From a virus (Duplodnaviria; Heunggongvirae; Uroviricota; Caudoviricetes): a DNA stretch of 41,171 bases. Positions 27,135 through 37,048 of this stretch are shown one piece after another; position 1 is the stretch's first letter; the number at the start of each line of letters is the position of its first letter. A program made the position numbers and the translations under genes. The notes under the pieces were generated by a model. It was given only the letters and a program-made list of their open reading frames with translations, ran no database searches and had not been told where the DNA came from. The stretch lies in the IMG/VR virus record IMGVR_UViG_2778261424_000010, positions 1 to 41,171 of that record; one strand, written 5' to 3'.

Positions 27135-27685
27135 GTTTCAAAAGCGGTGTGACAACGAGGGTGGATAACGCTCAGGCCATTCTGGATGCGCTCAAATCCA
27201 TCGGTAAAAAAGAAGTGCTGGTGGGCATCCCGGAAGAAGACAGCGAGCGTGAGGATGTTCCGTTTGGTAATGCCGGGATCGGTTACGTCAACGAATACGG
27301 CTCACCAGCGCAAAACATCCCCCCACGCCCGCACCTGATCCCCGGCGTTAAATCGGTAGAGGAACAGACAGTGCCGCAGCTTAAAGCAGCGGCGCAGGCT
27401 GCGCTTGATGGTAATGCGGCGGGTGCGGAAAGATCGCTCAACCGCGCCGGAACGCTGGCCGCTAATGGCGTCAGGCGTTACATGACTATTACCGGCTTTA
27501 CGCCGCTTGCTGACAGCACTGTTGAAGCCCGGGCTCGTCGGGGGCGCAAGGGGGCAACACTGGAACTTGCCCGGCGTGTTGCTGGCGAGCTCCCCGGAAC
27601 CGATCTGGTGAAACCATTAATTGACACCGGGCAATATCGCAGAGCCATTACCCACGTTGTGAGGGATAAAGATGCCGAATCTTGA
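27131..27685 (+). CDS. Head-tail joining candidate
   Basis: 184-aa coupled ORF; position only. Confidence 0.35.
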   Translation: MSFKSGVTTRVDNAQAILDALKSIGKKEVLVGIPEEDSEREDVPFGNAGIGYVNEYGSPAQNIPPRPHLIPGVKSVEEQTVPQLKAAAQAALDGNAAGAERSLNRAGTLAANGVRRYMTITGFTPLADSTVEARARRGRKGATLELARRVAGELPGTDLVKPLIDTGQYRRAITHVVRDKDAES

Positions 27686-28061
27686 TGTGACGGACGTACT
27701 TTTTGACCCCGATTTTTGCGACTTCAACCTGTGGGTAACGCGTCGCGTGCAAACGGTGGACGATGACGGGATCGGCAGCGACAGTGAAGTTAAAACGCAG
27801 TTTGCCGGAGTTGTTACCGTTGACCGCTCTCTCGAAAACCGACGTATGCAGTCCGGGCAGGTTATCAGTGGCGCGATTCTCATTGTGACAACTGAGCGGC
27901 TGACGCAGGGGCAGACTGGCCGTGATGCCGATATCGTGACGTATCAGAACCGTGATTACCGCGTGACATTCGTCGACCCGTATATAGCTTACGGTGCTGG
28001 CTTTGTCCAGGCACATTGCGAACTGTTGCCGTTTGATGGGGGAACTCCCGTTGAGCAATAA
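27672..28061 (+). CDS. Head-tail joining candidate
   Basis: 129-aa coupled ORF; position only. Confidence 0.35.
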   Translation: MPNLDVTDVLFDPDFCDFNLWVTRRVQTVDDDGIGSDSEVKTQFAGVVTVDRSLENRRMQSGQVISGAILIVTTERLTQGQTGRDADIVTYQNRDYRVTFVDPYIAYGAGFVQAHCELLPFDGGTPVEQ

Positions 28062-28599
28062 CACCAGCACAGAGCGCGGCTGGCTGACACCCACCAGCGG
28101 CGATCCGGATTATGACGAAGCGCTAGACAGGCTGTTAAGCCAGTGGATGCGCAACGTTTCCGGCTTGCCAGCTGGGATGGTTCGCCCGCGCTGGCAGAAA
28201 GATCAGCCGCCACTGCTGCCCATTGAAACGAACTGGTGCGCGTTCGGCGTTACCGGATGGCCCATTGATAACAGTCCTGCATTCACCAATCAGACCGACG
28301 AGGGCGCTGAGCTCTGGCGACATGAAACGTTCGAGTGCATGGCGTCGTTCTATGGCCCGGCTGGTATGTCTTATGCGTCCCGTTTTCGCGATGGCATATC
28401 TGTCCCGCAAAACAATGCTGAGCTGAACGCGCTTGGGCTGTCTCTTGGCGACTATACCGGTCTGACCCCTTTCCCCGAACTTATCAACCAGCAATGGGTT
28501 CGCCGCTACGACATGACGGTGCGCCTGCGCCGGAAGGTTGTGCGCGAGTACGGCATCAAATCGCTGGTGGAAGCGCCAGTCACCTTTTTTGGAGAATAA
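28036..28599 (+). CDS. Tail completion/neck candidate
   Basis: Internal ATG (MGELPLSNNTS…); position only. Confidence 0.35.
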   Translation: MGELPLSNNTSTERGWLTPTSGDPDYDEALDRLLSQWMRNVSGLPAGMVRPRWQKDQPPLLPIETNWCAFGVTGWPIDNSPAFTNQTDEGAELWRHETFECMASFYGPAGMSYASRFRDGISVPQNNAELNALGLSLGDYTGLTPFPELINQQWVRRYDMTVRLRRKVVREYGIKSLVEAPVTFFGE

Positions 28600-28602
28600 A
28601 CT

Positions 28603-29763
28603 ATGACGCAGGGTTTACCTGTATCCAACGTTGTAAACGTTGATGTGATCATCTCGCCGAAAGCGGCTACTGGTCGTAACTTCGGCGCGCTGCTGATCCT
28701 CGGTTCTTCCACTGTCATTCCGGTGCAGGAGCGCGTTCGCCTTTATGCGTCCGTTGAGGACATTGGCGAAGACTTCGGTGTCGACAGCCCGGAATATAAA
28801 GCAGCGCAGGTTTTCTTCAGCCAGTCACCGAAGCCGACACAGGTTTATGTTGGTCGCTGGGCGAAGACGCTGAGTTCTTCCGAGAGTGGAGATACTGAAA
28901 CTATCGTGCAAGCCGTTAATGCCTGCCTGCAATATACCAACTGGTATGGGCTGGTTGTCGCTGATGATGTTGTCGCTGGTGGCGATGTGCTTGATGCTGA
29001 TGACGTGATTGAGGTCGCCAAACTTATTGAAGCGTCCAGCCTTAGCCGTATCTTTGGTGTGACCTCTGCCGACGCCGAGATTATCAGCACGACTTCGACG
29101 ACCGATGTTGCGTCGAAATTAAAGGCTGGCAAGTATGCCCGTACCTTTATTCAGTATTCCACCAGCAGCCCTTACGCAGCGGTTTCTGCTTTCGGTCGTG
29201 CGTTTACTGTCAATTTCAACGGCAGCAATACCACCATTACCCTGAAGTTCAAACAGGAACCAAGCGTAACCTACGAAACGTTGACGGTAGGCCAGGCGGC
29301 TGCGGTGGATACGAAGAATGCGAACGTGTTCGTGTACTACGCCAACGACACGGCGATCCTGCAACAGGGTGTCATGGCGAACGGTGACTTCTTCGACGAG
29401 CGCCACGGGCTCGACTGGTTGCAGAACTACGTTCAGACCAACCTCTATAACCTGCTTTACACCAGCACCACCAAAATTCCGCAGACTGATGCCGGTGTGA
29501 CCCGTCTGCTTTCCAACGTTGAACAGTCCATGGATCAGTCCGTCACGAACGGTCTGGTAGCTGCTGGCGTGTGGAATGGTGGACCTATCGGACAGCTGAA
29601 TTCCGGCGATACGCTGACCAAAGGCTATTACGTGTATGCGCAACCGCTGTCCGAACAGGCGCAGGCCGACCGCGAAGCGCGCAAAGCACCGTTAATCCAG
29701 GTGGCCTGTAAGCTGGCTGGCGCAGTTCATTATGCCGATGTGCAGATCAACGTGGTTCGCTAA
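28603..29763 (+). CDS. Tail sheath protein (DUF3383-like)
   Basis: 386-aa ORF followed by small tube-like ORF; family by memory. Confidence 0.6.
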   Translation: MTQGLPVSNVVNVDVIISPKAATGRNFGALLILGSSTVIPVQERVRLYASVEDIGEDFGVDSPEYKAAQVFFSQSPKPTQVYVGRWAKTLSSSESGDTETIVQAVNACLQYTNWYGLVVADDVVAGGDVLDADDVIEVAKLIEASSLSRIFGVTSADAEIISTTSTTDVASKLKAGKYARTFIQYSTSSPYAAVSAFGRAFTVNFNGSNTTITLKFKQEPSVTYETLTVGQAAAVDTKNANVFVYYANDTAILQQGVMANGDFFDERHGLDWLQNYVQTNLYNLLYTSTTKIPQTDAGVTRLLSNVEQSMDQSVTNGLVAAGVWNGGPIGQLNSGDTLTKGYYVYAQPLSEQAQADREARKAPLIQVACKLAGAVHYADVQINVVR

Positions 29764-29773
29764 GGAGCGATAA

Positions 29774-30214
29774 ATGGCAACTTATTCTTTTCTCGATGTA
29801 ACCGCGTCGCTCACCGGGCCGACCGGCGTTATCGATCTTGGTCAGGGTTCTGCGAACTCTGAGGAAGGTATCACCCAGACCATGGGCGGCAACAAAAACA
29901 CCATGACCATCGGTGCCGATGGCGAGGTGATGCACAGCCTGCACGCCGATAAGTCAGGCACCATTACGGTGACGCTACTCAAAACCTCCCCGGTGAATAA
30001 AAAGCTGTCTCTGGCGTATAACGCGCAAAGCCAGTCCTCTGCCACCTGGGGCAATAACGTGATCGTCATTCGCAACACGGCATCGGGTGATATTTCTACT
30101 GCGCGTTCGTGTGCATTCCAGAAACAGCCTGATTTCAATAACGCTAAAGAGGGCGGAACCGTCGCCTGGGTATTCGACTGCGGCAAGATTGACCAGCTTC
30201 TCGGGGAGTTTTAA
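29774..30214 (+). CDS. Tail tube protein
   Basis: 146-aa ORF after sheath. Confidence 0.55.
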   Translation: MATYSFLDVTASLTGPTGVIDLGQGSANSEEGITQTMGGNKNTMTIGADGEVMHSLHADKSGTITVTLLKTSPVNKKLSLAYNAQSQSSATWGNNVIVIRNTASGDISTARSCAFQKQPDFNNAKEGGTVAWVFDCGKIDQLLGEF

Positions 30215-30217
30215 CGC

Positions 30218-30643
30218 ATGGAATTCGAAATTAAAGGCGTGAAATATCGCACCGCAAAGCTCAGCGTTTTCGAACAGCTGAAGGTGTCCCGCAAGCTGTT
30301 GCCGGTTCTGGCCGGGATGGTTTCGGACTTCCGGAGCGTTCAGGAGAAGATCAGCAGCAAAGACACCGAAGGCGCGATGGCTACCATCCTGCCAAAGATT
30401 GCCAATGCTGTGTCCGATCTGAGTGATGGCGACGTGGACGCTATCCTGTTCCCCTGTCTTTCCGTTGTTTCACGCGAGCACATGAAAGGCTGGGTGCCGG
30501 TCTGCCAGCATGGCGAAATGGCGTTTGACGATATCGACCTGCTTACCATGCTGCAACTGGTGGCGCGGGTGGTCGCCGACTCTCTGGGAAATTTTTTGCA
30601 AGGACTCCCTACCAGCGAGACGCCCACCCCGCTAGCGGAATAA
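30218..30643 (+). CDS. Tail assembly chaperone (short form)
   Basis: 141-aa ORF directly upstream of tape measure; slippery heptamer near 3' end. Confidence 0.55.
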   Translation: MEFEIKGVKYRTAKLSVFEQLKVSRKLLPVLAGMVSDFRSVQEKISSKDTEGAMATILPKIANAVSDLSDGDVDAILFPCLSVVSREHMKGWVPVCQHGEMAFDDIDLLTMLQLVARVVADSLGNFLQGLPTSETPTPLAE

Positions 30644-30831
30644 CCTTCAACAGCCTGCCGGGCGGTGAAGATTTTATTCTTCGCCCGGCGCTTGCCTTCC
30701 ATATTGACCAGAAAGACCTTAACAGCGGTGCGGTAGACCTTTGCCGCATCGCGCTTCTCAATGACTACCTCGACATGCGCGAGGATAACGACGCCCGGGT
30801 AGATAAATGGAGAGCGGCCAATGAGCGGTAA
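30218..30831 (+). CDS. Tail assembly chaperone, predicted -1 frameshift-extended form
   Basis: A_AAT_TTT heptamer at 30589-30595; -1 frame open from there to TAA at 30829-30831. Confidence 0.45.
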
Positions 30832-33088
30832 CGCAGATACGATTAAAGATTTCCTTGTTTCGCTGGGATTCGATATCGATCAGGCTGGCGCTAATAAGTT
30901 TGAAGCCGTGCTGAAAGGCGTTACAGCTAACGTTCTGAAGGTCGGCGCGGTGGTGGAAGGCGCAGCGCTGAGCATTGTCGGATTTACCACTCAGATCGCG
31001 AACGGTCTGGATAAAATTTACTGGGCATCCCAGCGGACGGGGGCCAGTGTCCAGGGCATCAAAGCGCTGGGATACGCCGCATCGCAAACCGGTGCCAGCG
31101 CCGAGTCGGCTATGTCCTCCCTCGAAGGGCTGGCCGGTTTCATGCGTAGCAATCCGGGCGCGGAAGGCTTCCTGAACCGCCTGGGCGTCCAGACTCGCGA
31201 TGCCAGCGGAAAGATGCGTGATACTGCGGCCATCTTTACTGGCGTTGGGCAAAAGCTCAACAACATGCCGTATTACCGCGCGAAACAATACGCGCAGATG
31301 CTTGGCATCGATGAAAACACGCTGATGGCGATGCGGCGCGGCATGAATGGCTTTACCGCCGATTACCAGTCGATGCTGCAAAAGACAGGGTTCAACGCTG
31401 ATAAAGCGGCTGTTCAGTCCAACAAATTCATGACGTCCATGCGCGGGCTTACGTCGCTGTTCGGCATCATGCGGGACAAGATCGGCTCAAACCTCGCTGG
31501 TGGCCTGGCTGGTTCGCTGGACAGCCTGCGGCGGCGCATCCTCGACAATTTCCCGAAGATTGAAGAGACGCTGACCAGAGTTATTAAAGGCGTGATCTGG
31601 CTTGCGAACGCATTCACGAGAATGGCGTGGCGGCTGATACAGGGCGCTGGCTCTGTCATCGACTGGTGGAAGCGTCTTGACGATGGCAGTAAAAATCTGC
31701 TGAAAATATTCGGTGCTCTACTTGTCGCATGGCGTCTGCTTAATTCTGCGTTCCTGAAATCCCCGATTGGAATTATCACCACGCTGATTCTGGCGATCGG
31801 ATTACTCTATGACGATTATCAGACGTGGAAAGAAGGCGGTAAAAGCCTGATTGACTGGTCCAAGTGGGAGCCTGCAATAGAAAAGGCGAAAAAGGCAATT
31901 CTCTGGCTGCGCGATAAGCTTCTGGGGCTGAAAGATTCTGTTGGTGGATGGCAGAACTCGCTGGAAATTTTGGCTACTTTCATCGCTGGGGTATGGGTAA
32001 CAAAAGTATTGGGAGCATTCGCAAAAATATCCGGTCTTCCGATACCTCCATGGCTTAAATTATGGGGAGCGTATGCTGGTTACCTGGTTTCAGATCGTGA
32101 AAACATAAAAGCCAGTGCTAAATCATCTTTGGACTATACCAAAAGGAACATTGGTGATGCTCTTGCTACGGTTGGCATCAAAACCGACCTTGGGCGAAAA
32201 GATGTTAGCGAGGTAAGAGAATGGCCCGCATGGATGGATTGGCTGCATGGTGGCCCAGGTAAGATTATTCGTCAGGCGCAAAGCAATGGCGTCGTTTATG
32301 GCGATAATGTTCAGCCTGACATTCCCGGGGCGGAACAGCATGTTCGTAGTAATGAAATTGCCCCGCATGAAAGAGATGAAATAAAAAACCGTCAGCAGGC
32401 TGCTAATGGTTATCTTGAAAAAATCTCAGACGGGATTGCCAAAATCGGTAATTTATTTTTCTCCCCGGTTGGAGCTGCTGAAATCTCTCCAAATATATCG
32501 GGTGACCCCTCCCAGTTTGCGCAATCAGTCAAACGTCCACAGGCCACAGCCCAGGGCAAAGTATTGCTCGACTGGATGGGGCCAATGTTCAATAAACTTG
32601 AGTCGCTTTATCAACTTCCAGCTGGTCTATTGAAAAGTGTGGCGATAACCGAGTCAGGTGGTAACCAGTTCGCCATGTCCGGCGCAGGCGCGAAAGGTCT
32701 GTTTCAGTTTATGGATGGTACGGCGCGCGACATGGGCCTTCGCGGAAACGATGTATTCGACCCGCAAAAGTCAGCTCAGGCCGCAGCTAAGTACCTCAGC
32801 CAGCTGTTGCGGCAGAACGGCGGAGACCTTAGCAAAGCACTGGCATCATATAACTGGGGGATCGGGAATGTTAAGCGCTATGGCATGGGGTTAATGCCGC
32901 AGGAAACGCGTAACTACATTCCGAAAGTAATGAGCAACATGCCCACCAGCGCCCCGGTGATTCAGCAGGAAACGAATATTAACATCCACGGCGTTTCCGA
33001 TCCGCGCGAGGCTGCCCGTTTGACTGTTGATCGTCAAAAGGGCGTGAATTCACAGTTAACCCAGCAACTCCCCGCAGGACCGAGATAA
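30821..33088 (+). CDS. Tape measure protein with C-terminal lytic transglycosylase (SLT-like) domain
   Basis: 755-aa ORF; C-terminal …ITESGGNQF…GLFQFMDGTARDMG…YNWG… resembles SLT catalytic motifs. Confidence 0.75.
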   Translation: MSGNADTIKDFLVSLGFDIDQAGANKFEAVLKGVTANVLKVGAVVEGAALSIVGFTTQIANGLDKIYWASQRTGASVQGIKALGYAASQTGASAESAMSSLEGLAGFMRSNPGAEGFLNRLGVQTRDASGKMRDTAAIFTGVGQKLNNMPYYRAKQYAQMLGIDENTLMAMRRGMNGFTADYQSMLQKTGFNADKAAVQSNKFMTSMRGLTSLFGIMRDKIGSNLAGGLAGSLDSLRRRILDNFPKIEETLTRVIKGVIWLANAFTRMAWRLIQGAGSVIDWWKRLDDGSKNLLKIFGALLVAWRLLNSAFLKSPIGIITTLILAIGLLYDDYQTWKEGGKSLIDWSKWEPAIEKAKKAILWLRDKLLGLKDSVGGWQNSLEILATFIAGVWVTKVLGAFAKISGLPIPPWLKLWGAYAGYLVSDRENIKASAKSSLDYTKRNIGDALATVGIKTDLGRKDVSEVREWPAWMDWLHGGPGKIIRQAQSNGVVYGDNVQPDIPGAEQHVRSNEIAPHERDEIKNRQQAANGYLEKISDGIAKIGNLFFSPVGAAEISPNISGDPSQFAQSVKRPQATAQGKVLLDWMGPMFNKLESLYQLPAGLLKSVAITESGGNQFAMSGAGAKGLFQFMDGTARDMGLRGNDVFDPQKSAQAAAKYLSQLLRQNGGDLSKALASYNWGIGNVKRYGMGLMPQETRNYIPKVMSNMPTSAPVIQQETNINIHGVSDPREAARLTVDRQKGVNSQLTQQLPAGPR

Positions 33089-33690
33089 TGGATATTTTAT
33101 CAGCGATTTTTCGCCAGCAATCCCGGCGAATTGGCCTGCTGATCCCCAGCGTGGTCGTCTCCGAAAAGCATTCTGATGTGCTCGAAATTACTGAGCACCC
33201 GGTGGAGAAGCCAACAACGAATAGCGCTTCGGGCTTCATCGCCGATCATGCGTATAAGCGCCCCAGCGAAGTCACAATGGAATGCGGCTTCGCTGGTGGC
33301 GGTTCGTTGCTGGACTTCATTGATACATCTTCAATCGGCCTCAGCGCCGGACTTAGCCCGAAAGAGACCTATCAGCAACTACTGGATCTCCAGTCCTCTC
33401 GGGTGCCGTTCGATGTAGTGACCGGAAAGCGGGTTTACAGCAATATGCTGGTGCGAGCCATCGAGGTGACAACGGATAAAACCAGCGAGAACGTGCTGAA
33501 CTGCACGCTTACCCTGCGTGAAGTGATCATGTCGCAGACGCAGAGCGTTAGCGTTGCAGATAAATCAGATATGCAGGATGGCGTCAGCACATCGGCGGTG
33601 CAGAATTCCGGGATGAAATCCACTACACCGCCAAACGAATCCTTGCTGAGCCAGCTGGGCGGAAGCGTTACATCAGCATTCGGGGGATGA
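33088..33690 (+). CDS. Tail/baseplate assembly protein candidate
   Basis: 200-aa coupled ORF after tape measure. Confidence 0.4.
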   Translation: MDILSAIFRQQSRRIGLLIPSVVVSEKHSDVLEITEHPVEKPTTNSASGFIADHAYKRPSEVTMECGFAGGGSLLDFIDTSSIGLSAGLSPKETYQQLLDLQSSRVPFDVVTGKRVYSNMLVRAIEVTTDKTSENVLNCTLTLREVIMSQTQSVSVADKSDMQDGVSTSAVQNSGMKSTTPPNESLLSQLGGSVTSAFGG

Positions 33691-33691
33691 T

Positions 33692-33997
33692 ATGCAGTTT
33701 AACGAAATACCGCTTTCTCCTGACAATCAGCAGTTCCGCGTTTTGCTGGGCAATACCACGTATACACTCAGGATCATCTGGCGTGATGCGGCTGGCTGGA
33801 TTATGGACGTGATGGATAGCGGCGGTGCTGCGCTTCTTTCTGGCGTACCTCTCCTGACCGGCGTGAACCTATTACGACAATATCCACAGCTTGGCATTGA
33901 TGGCGCGCTGGTGGTGGCGACCGATAAGGGCGCACCAGACGAGCCCACCAAAACCAACCTCGGCACATACAGCCACCTCATTTTCGTACAGGAGTAG
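33692..33997 (+). CDS. Tail/baseplate assembly protein candidate
   Basis: 101-aa coupled ORF. Confidence 0.35.
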   Translation: MQFNEIPLSPDNQQFRVLLGNTTYTLRIIWRDAAGWIMDVMDSGGAALLSGVPLLTGVNLLRQYPQLGIDGALVVATDKGAPDEPTKTNLGTYSHLIFVQE

Positions 33998-33999
33998 AA

Positions 34000-35064
34000 A
34001 TGTCTCTTAACTGGATGCGCCATTTTGAGCTGCAACTGTTGGACCAGAACGGGCAGGGCGTTTCCCTGTCTGACTTTAAGGTCACGTTCCAGATCGAGTG
34101 GGCAGACACACGCTGGCCACGCGTGGCGAACGTGAAAATTTACAACCTTTCGACCGATACCACGAACAAGATACTGGGGCAGGAGTTTGCAAAAATTCGC
34201 ATCATTGCCGGGTATGACGGTATTGCGCCGGATGTTGATGCGAGCCAGGTTGGTGTCGCCCGGGAGATTTCACCAGACCAGGTAGGGCAGGTGAACGGTC
34301 AGAACTACGGCCTGATATTTGACGGTGATATTCGCTTCACCGTCACCGGGAAGGACAACATCACCGATTCCTGGGTGCTGATTCAGGCCATCAGTAACCA
34401 CGAAGCGTTCCTCTACGCGACTACCATCACCACGCTTGCCGCTGGTTATACCGTTGCGGACCTGCACCGGGCGACTATGCAGGATTTCAACGCGTTCGGC
34501 GTGACGCAGGGCATTACCGGTGACTTTCCTGATACCGTGTTTCCTCGTGGCCGTGCGATTTATTCATCCACCCGTAACGTGATGGATAATATTGCTGCGC
34601 AGTGCAAAGCGACATGGCAGCTGGTGGATGGTCAGGTCCAGATGGTGCCGGAGGATAAATATATTCACGAAGCCATTGTGTTGAATGCCGATACTGGCCT
34701 GATCGGTATGCCGCAACAAACGATGGGCGGCGGCGTAAACGTGCGGTGCCTGATAAACCCAAACATCCGTATTAATGGTCTTATCCAGCTCGATCAGGCT
34801 TCGGTGTACCGCGCCGCGCTCGGCAATAGCGAAATCGCACAGTCGCCCGGGCGTATCACCGAAACAGAAGAGAACGGCAACCGTGTGCTGACCGGCACGA
34901 CGTCACAGGCTGCCAGCATTGCGACGGATGGCGTTTATATCGTCAAAGCTATCGACTATACTGGCGACACCAGAGGTCAGGCGTGGTACATGGATTTGAT
35001 GTGTTTTGCGCGTGGCGCTCGTGATCTTTATAGCCCGAAAGCAATGCAAGGGACGACGAATTAG
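34000..35064 (+). CDS. Baseplate hub/late-control-D-like protein candidate
   Basis: 354-aa ORF in baseplate series. Confidence 0.4.
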   Translation: MSLNWMRHFELQLLDQNGQGVSLSDFKVTFQIEWADTRWPRVANVKIYNLSTDTTNKILGQEFAKIRIIAGYDGIAPDVDASQVGVAREISPDQVGQVNGQNYGLIFDGDIRFTVTGKDNITDSWVLIQAISNHEAFLYATTITTLAAGYTVADLHRATMQDFNAFGVTQGITGDFPDTVFPRGRAIYSSTRNVMDNIAAQCKATWQLVDGQVQMVPEDKYIHEAIVLNADTGLIGMPQQTMGGGVNVRCLINPNIRINGLIQLDQASVYRAALGNSEIAQSPGRITETEENGNRVLTGTTSQAASIATDGVYIVKAIDYTGDTRGQAWYMDLMCFARGARDLYSPKAMQGTTN

Positions 35065-35076
35065 TGAGGTGGGGCC

Positions 35077-35421
35077 GTGAGACATTTACTTTGCACTGTT
35101 ACCGTGTTCGCGGTGCTTATATCAGCACCCGCTTTTGCGGATCAGCAATGTGGTGATTTTAAAATCCATTGGGCAGATGATGGCTTAGCCAGAATCAATG
35201 GCGCAAAGCCAGAAATGCAAAAAATCACCTTCCTGAAAAACAAAGGCGATTATAACAATATCAAGATGGATTGGCGTATGGCTACCGATCAGCCTGGAAG
35301 ATGGGTTGGTCTTGAGTACATCAATCGAAACGGCAAAGCCATTCTCAACGCACAGTGGTTGCAAGCCAGCATGGATTCGCCGCGTCAGTATGCAACATAC
35401 GACTGCCGAAAAGTAAAATAG
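35077..35421 (+). CDS. Cargo gene: secreted/periplasmic 114-aa protein with Sec signal peptide
   Basis: GTG start after GAGGTGGGG; signal peptide MRHLLCTVTVFAVLISAPAFA|DQQ; two Cys; AT-rich. Confidence 0.5.
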   Translation: MRHLLCTVTVFAVLISAPAFADQQCGDFKIHWADDGLARINGAKPEMQKITFLKNKGDYNNIKMDWRMATDQPGRWVGLEYINRNGKAILNAQWLQASMDSPRQYATYDCRKVK

Positions 35422-35439
35422 CCCGCCAGATAGGCGGGC
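35411..35439 (-). terminator. Rho-independent terminator for minus-strand cargo gene
   Basis: GCCCGCC-AGATAG-GCGGGC hairpin with U-tract on minus strand. Confidence 0.45.
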
Positions 35440-35444
35440 ATGCG

Positions 35445-35735
35445 TCAAAAATATTGAGCTTTAATTATAATAAACACAATAATTACGAACAGGATGTTTC
35501 TAATTATTTTTTGCTTATGAGTAAGTTGTTTTTTTTCTGTCGATTTCCCGGGAGAGTAAAGGTTAGTGGTATGCGACAGCCCCGTGCCGGGAAGGCCATT
35601 TGTCATCTTTACGCCTTTTTTTCCGATGTTAATGGTGGAACCTTTACCACCAATTGAAGTGCTTACTCCGCTTTTACTAATGTTGATCGCGAGTCCGGGC
35701 GCAATCCGGATTCTTTTACGAAATCTAAATCCCAT
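35445..35735 (-). CDS. Cargo gene: DUF4236-like small protein with C-terminal hydrophobic anchor
   Basis: MGFRFRKRIRIAPGLAINISKSGVSTSIGGKG N-terminus (DUF4236-like by memory); C-terminal ILFVIIVFIIIKAQYF; very AT-rich. Confidence 0.5.
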   Translation of the reverse strand: MGFRFRKRIRIAPGLAINISKSGVSTSIGGKGSTINIGKKGVKMTNGLPGTGLSHTTNLYSPGKSTEKKQLTHKQKIIRNILFVIIVFIIIKAQYF

Positions 35736-35922
35736 TTGTTACTCCTGTAGTCAATAATGCGATGGTGCAGGTCCACTCTATGGCGGCTTCATGGCTGAAA
35801 TTGATTTTCAATGCTTACTTGTTGCAAACATATCCTAATACACCTTGTGAATGTGTGCCATTGCAGCGGAAAAGCCTTACTTCACACTGATGTAGCTTAG
35901 TTACTAAGAGATAATTGATACC

Positions 35923-35947
35923 AAACCAGCTTCGGCTGGTTTTTTTA
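35923..35947 (+). terminator. Rho-independent terminator just upstream of gpV-like gene
   Basis: AAACCAGC-TTCG-GCTGGTTT hairpin followed by TTTT. Confidence 0.55.
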
Positions 35948-35957
35948 TGGGGGTTTT

Positions 35958-36695
35958 ATGCCAATTCCAACTCAATCACAGATCGGGGGTGAGCAGCAGA
36001 CCGCGCAGGCCATTGCCGATTCGGTGTCTACCCAGATGCGCGTAGCGATGCCCGGCATCATTCAGTCGTTCGATCCTGACACTGTTACCTGCACAGTAGA
36101 GGTAGCGCTTCGCGGTATTGTTGGCGATGGCTCCACCGAATTAAAACCGCTGGTGGATGTGCCGGTTATCTTCCCGCGCGGCGGCGGTTGCACGCTGACC
36201 TTTCCGGTAAAAGAAGGCGACGAGTGCCTGCTGATCTTTGCCGACCGTTGCATCGATTTCTGGTGGCAGAGCGGCGGCGTTCAGGAGACCGTCGACCCGC
36301 GCCAGCATGACTTATCTGATGCGTTCGCCATCGTTGGCCCGCAGTCGAAAGCGCAGAAAATAAGCGGTATCAGTACCAGCGCCGCGCAGCTGCGCAGCGA
36401 CGACGGAAGCTCGTTCTTTGAGCTCAACCCCACTACGCAGAAAATTAAAATCGTAGCGCCTGGCGGTCTGGAAGTGGTTACCCCGCTGGCCGACTTCTCG
36501 GCGAAAGTTACCATTCACGGGCTCCTTTCCTGGCTTGGTGGAATGGTGGGTTCTGTTGCTTCTGGCGTTGCATCCAAAATCACTGGCGCTGTCGAGTTTA
36601 TCGGCACCGTTAAAGCTAACGGTAAGTCAATTGATGATACGCACACTCATGGAGGCGTGCAGCATGGCACCAGCAACACAGACGGGGTGAACTGA
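35958..36695 (+). CDS. Baseplate spike / gpV-like protein
   Basis: 245-aa ORF; position before gpW/gpJ-like genes. Confidence 0.5.
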   Translation: MPIPTQSQIGGEQQTAQAIADSVSTQMRVAMPGIIQSFDPDTVTCTVEVALRGIVGDGSTELKPLVDVPVIFPRGGGCTLTFPVKEGDECLLIFADRCIDFWWQSGGVQETVDPRQHDLSDAFAIVGPQSKAQKISGISTSAAQLRSDDGSSFFELNPTTQKIKIVAPGGLEVVTPLADFSAKVTIHGLLSWLGGMVGSVASGVASKITGAVEFIGTVKANGKSIDDTHTHGGVQHGTSNTDGVN

Positions 36696-37048
36696 TGCGA
36701 TACAGACGTGAAGACGCCGACGGTGATTACACTTTCGGGCAGGGTGACGATACTTTCCTTATCGACAGTCCGGAATGTGTCGCCCAGGCAGTAAAAACCC
36801 GCTTCGAGCTGTGGCGCGGTCAGTGGTTTCTCGATCTGACGGAAGGCACGCCGTATGTTCAGTCGGTGCTTGGTAAACAGCGATCTGACGTCTACATCCT
36901 GGCTATACGTGAACGCATACAGGACACACCGGGCGTTCTGTCGATTCTTTCCTTCGATACCAATTATGACGGCACCAGCCGTCGCGTCACCTTCACTTCC
37001 TCCATTGACACAATCTACGGCCAGACGACTGTAACAAGCGAGGCATAA
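36695..37048 (+). CDS. Baseplate wedge protein (gpW/gp25-like)
   Basis: 117-aa ORF coupled to gpJ-like gene. Confidence 0.5.
   Translation: MRYRREDADGDYTFGQGDDTFLIDSPECVAQAVKTRFELWRGQWFLDLTEGTPYVQSVLGKQRSDVYILAIRERIQDTPGVLSILSFDTNYDGTSRRVTFTSSIDTIYGQTTVTSEA

Noticed and set aside
29119-29643. 174-aa minus-strand ORF
   Set aside because: Antisense within the tail sheath gene.
30758-31782. Minus-strand ORFs of 207 and 122 aa
   Set aside because: Antisense within the tape measure gene; no independent signals.
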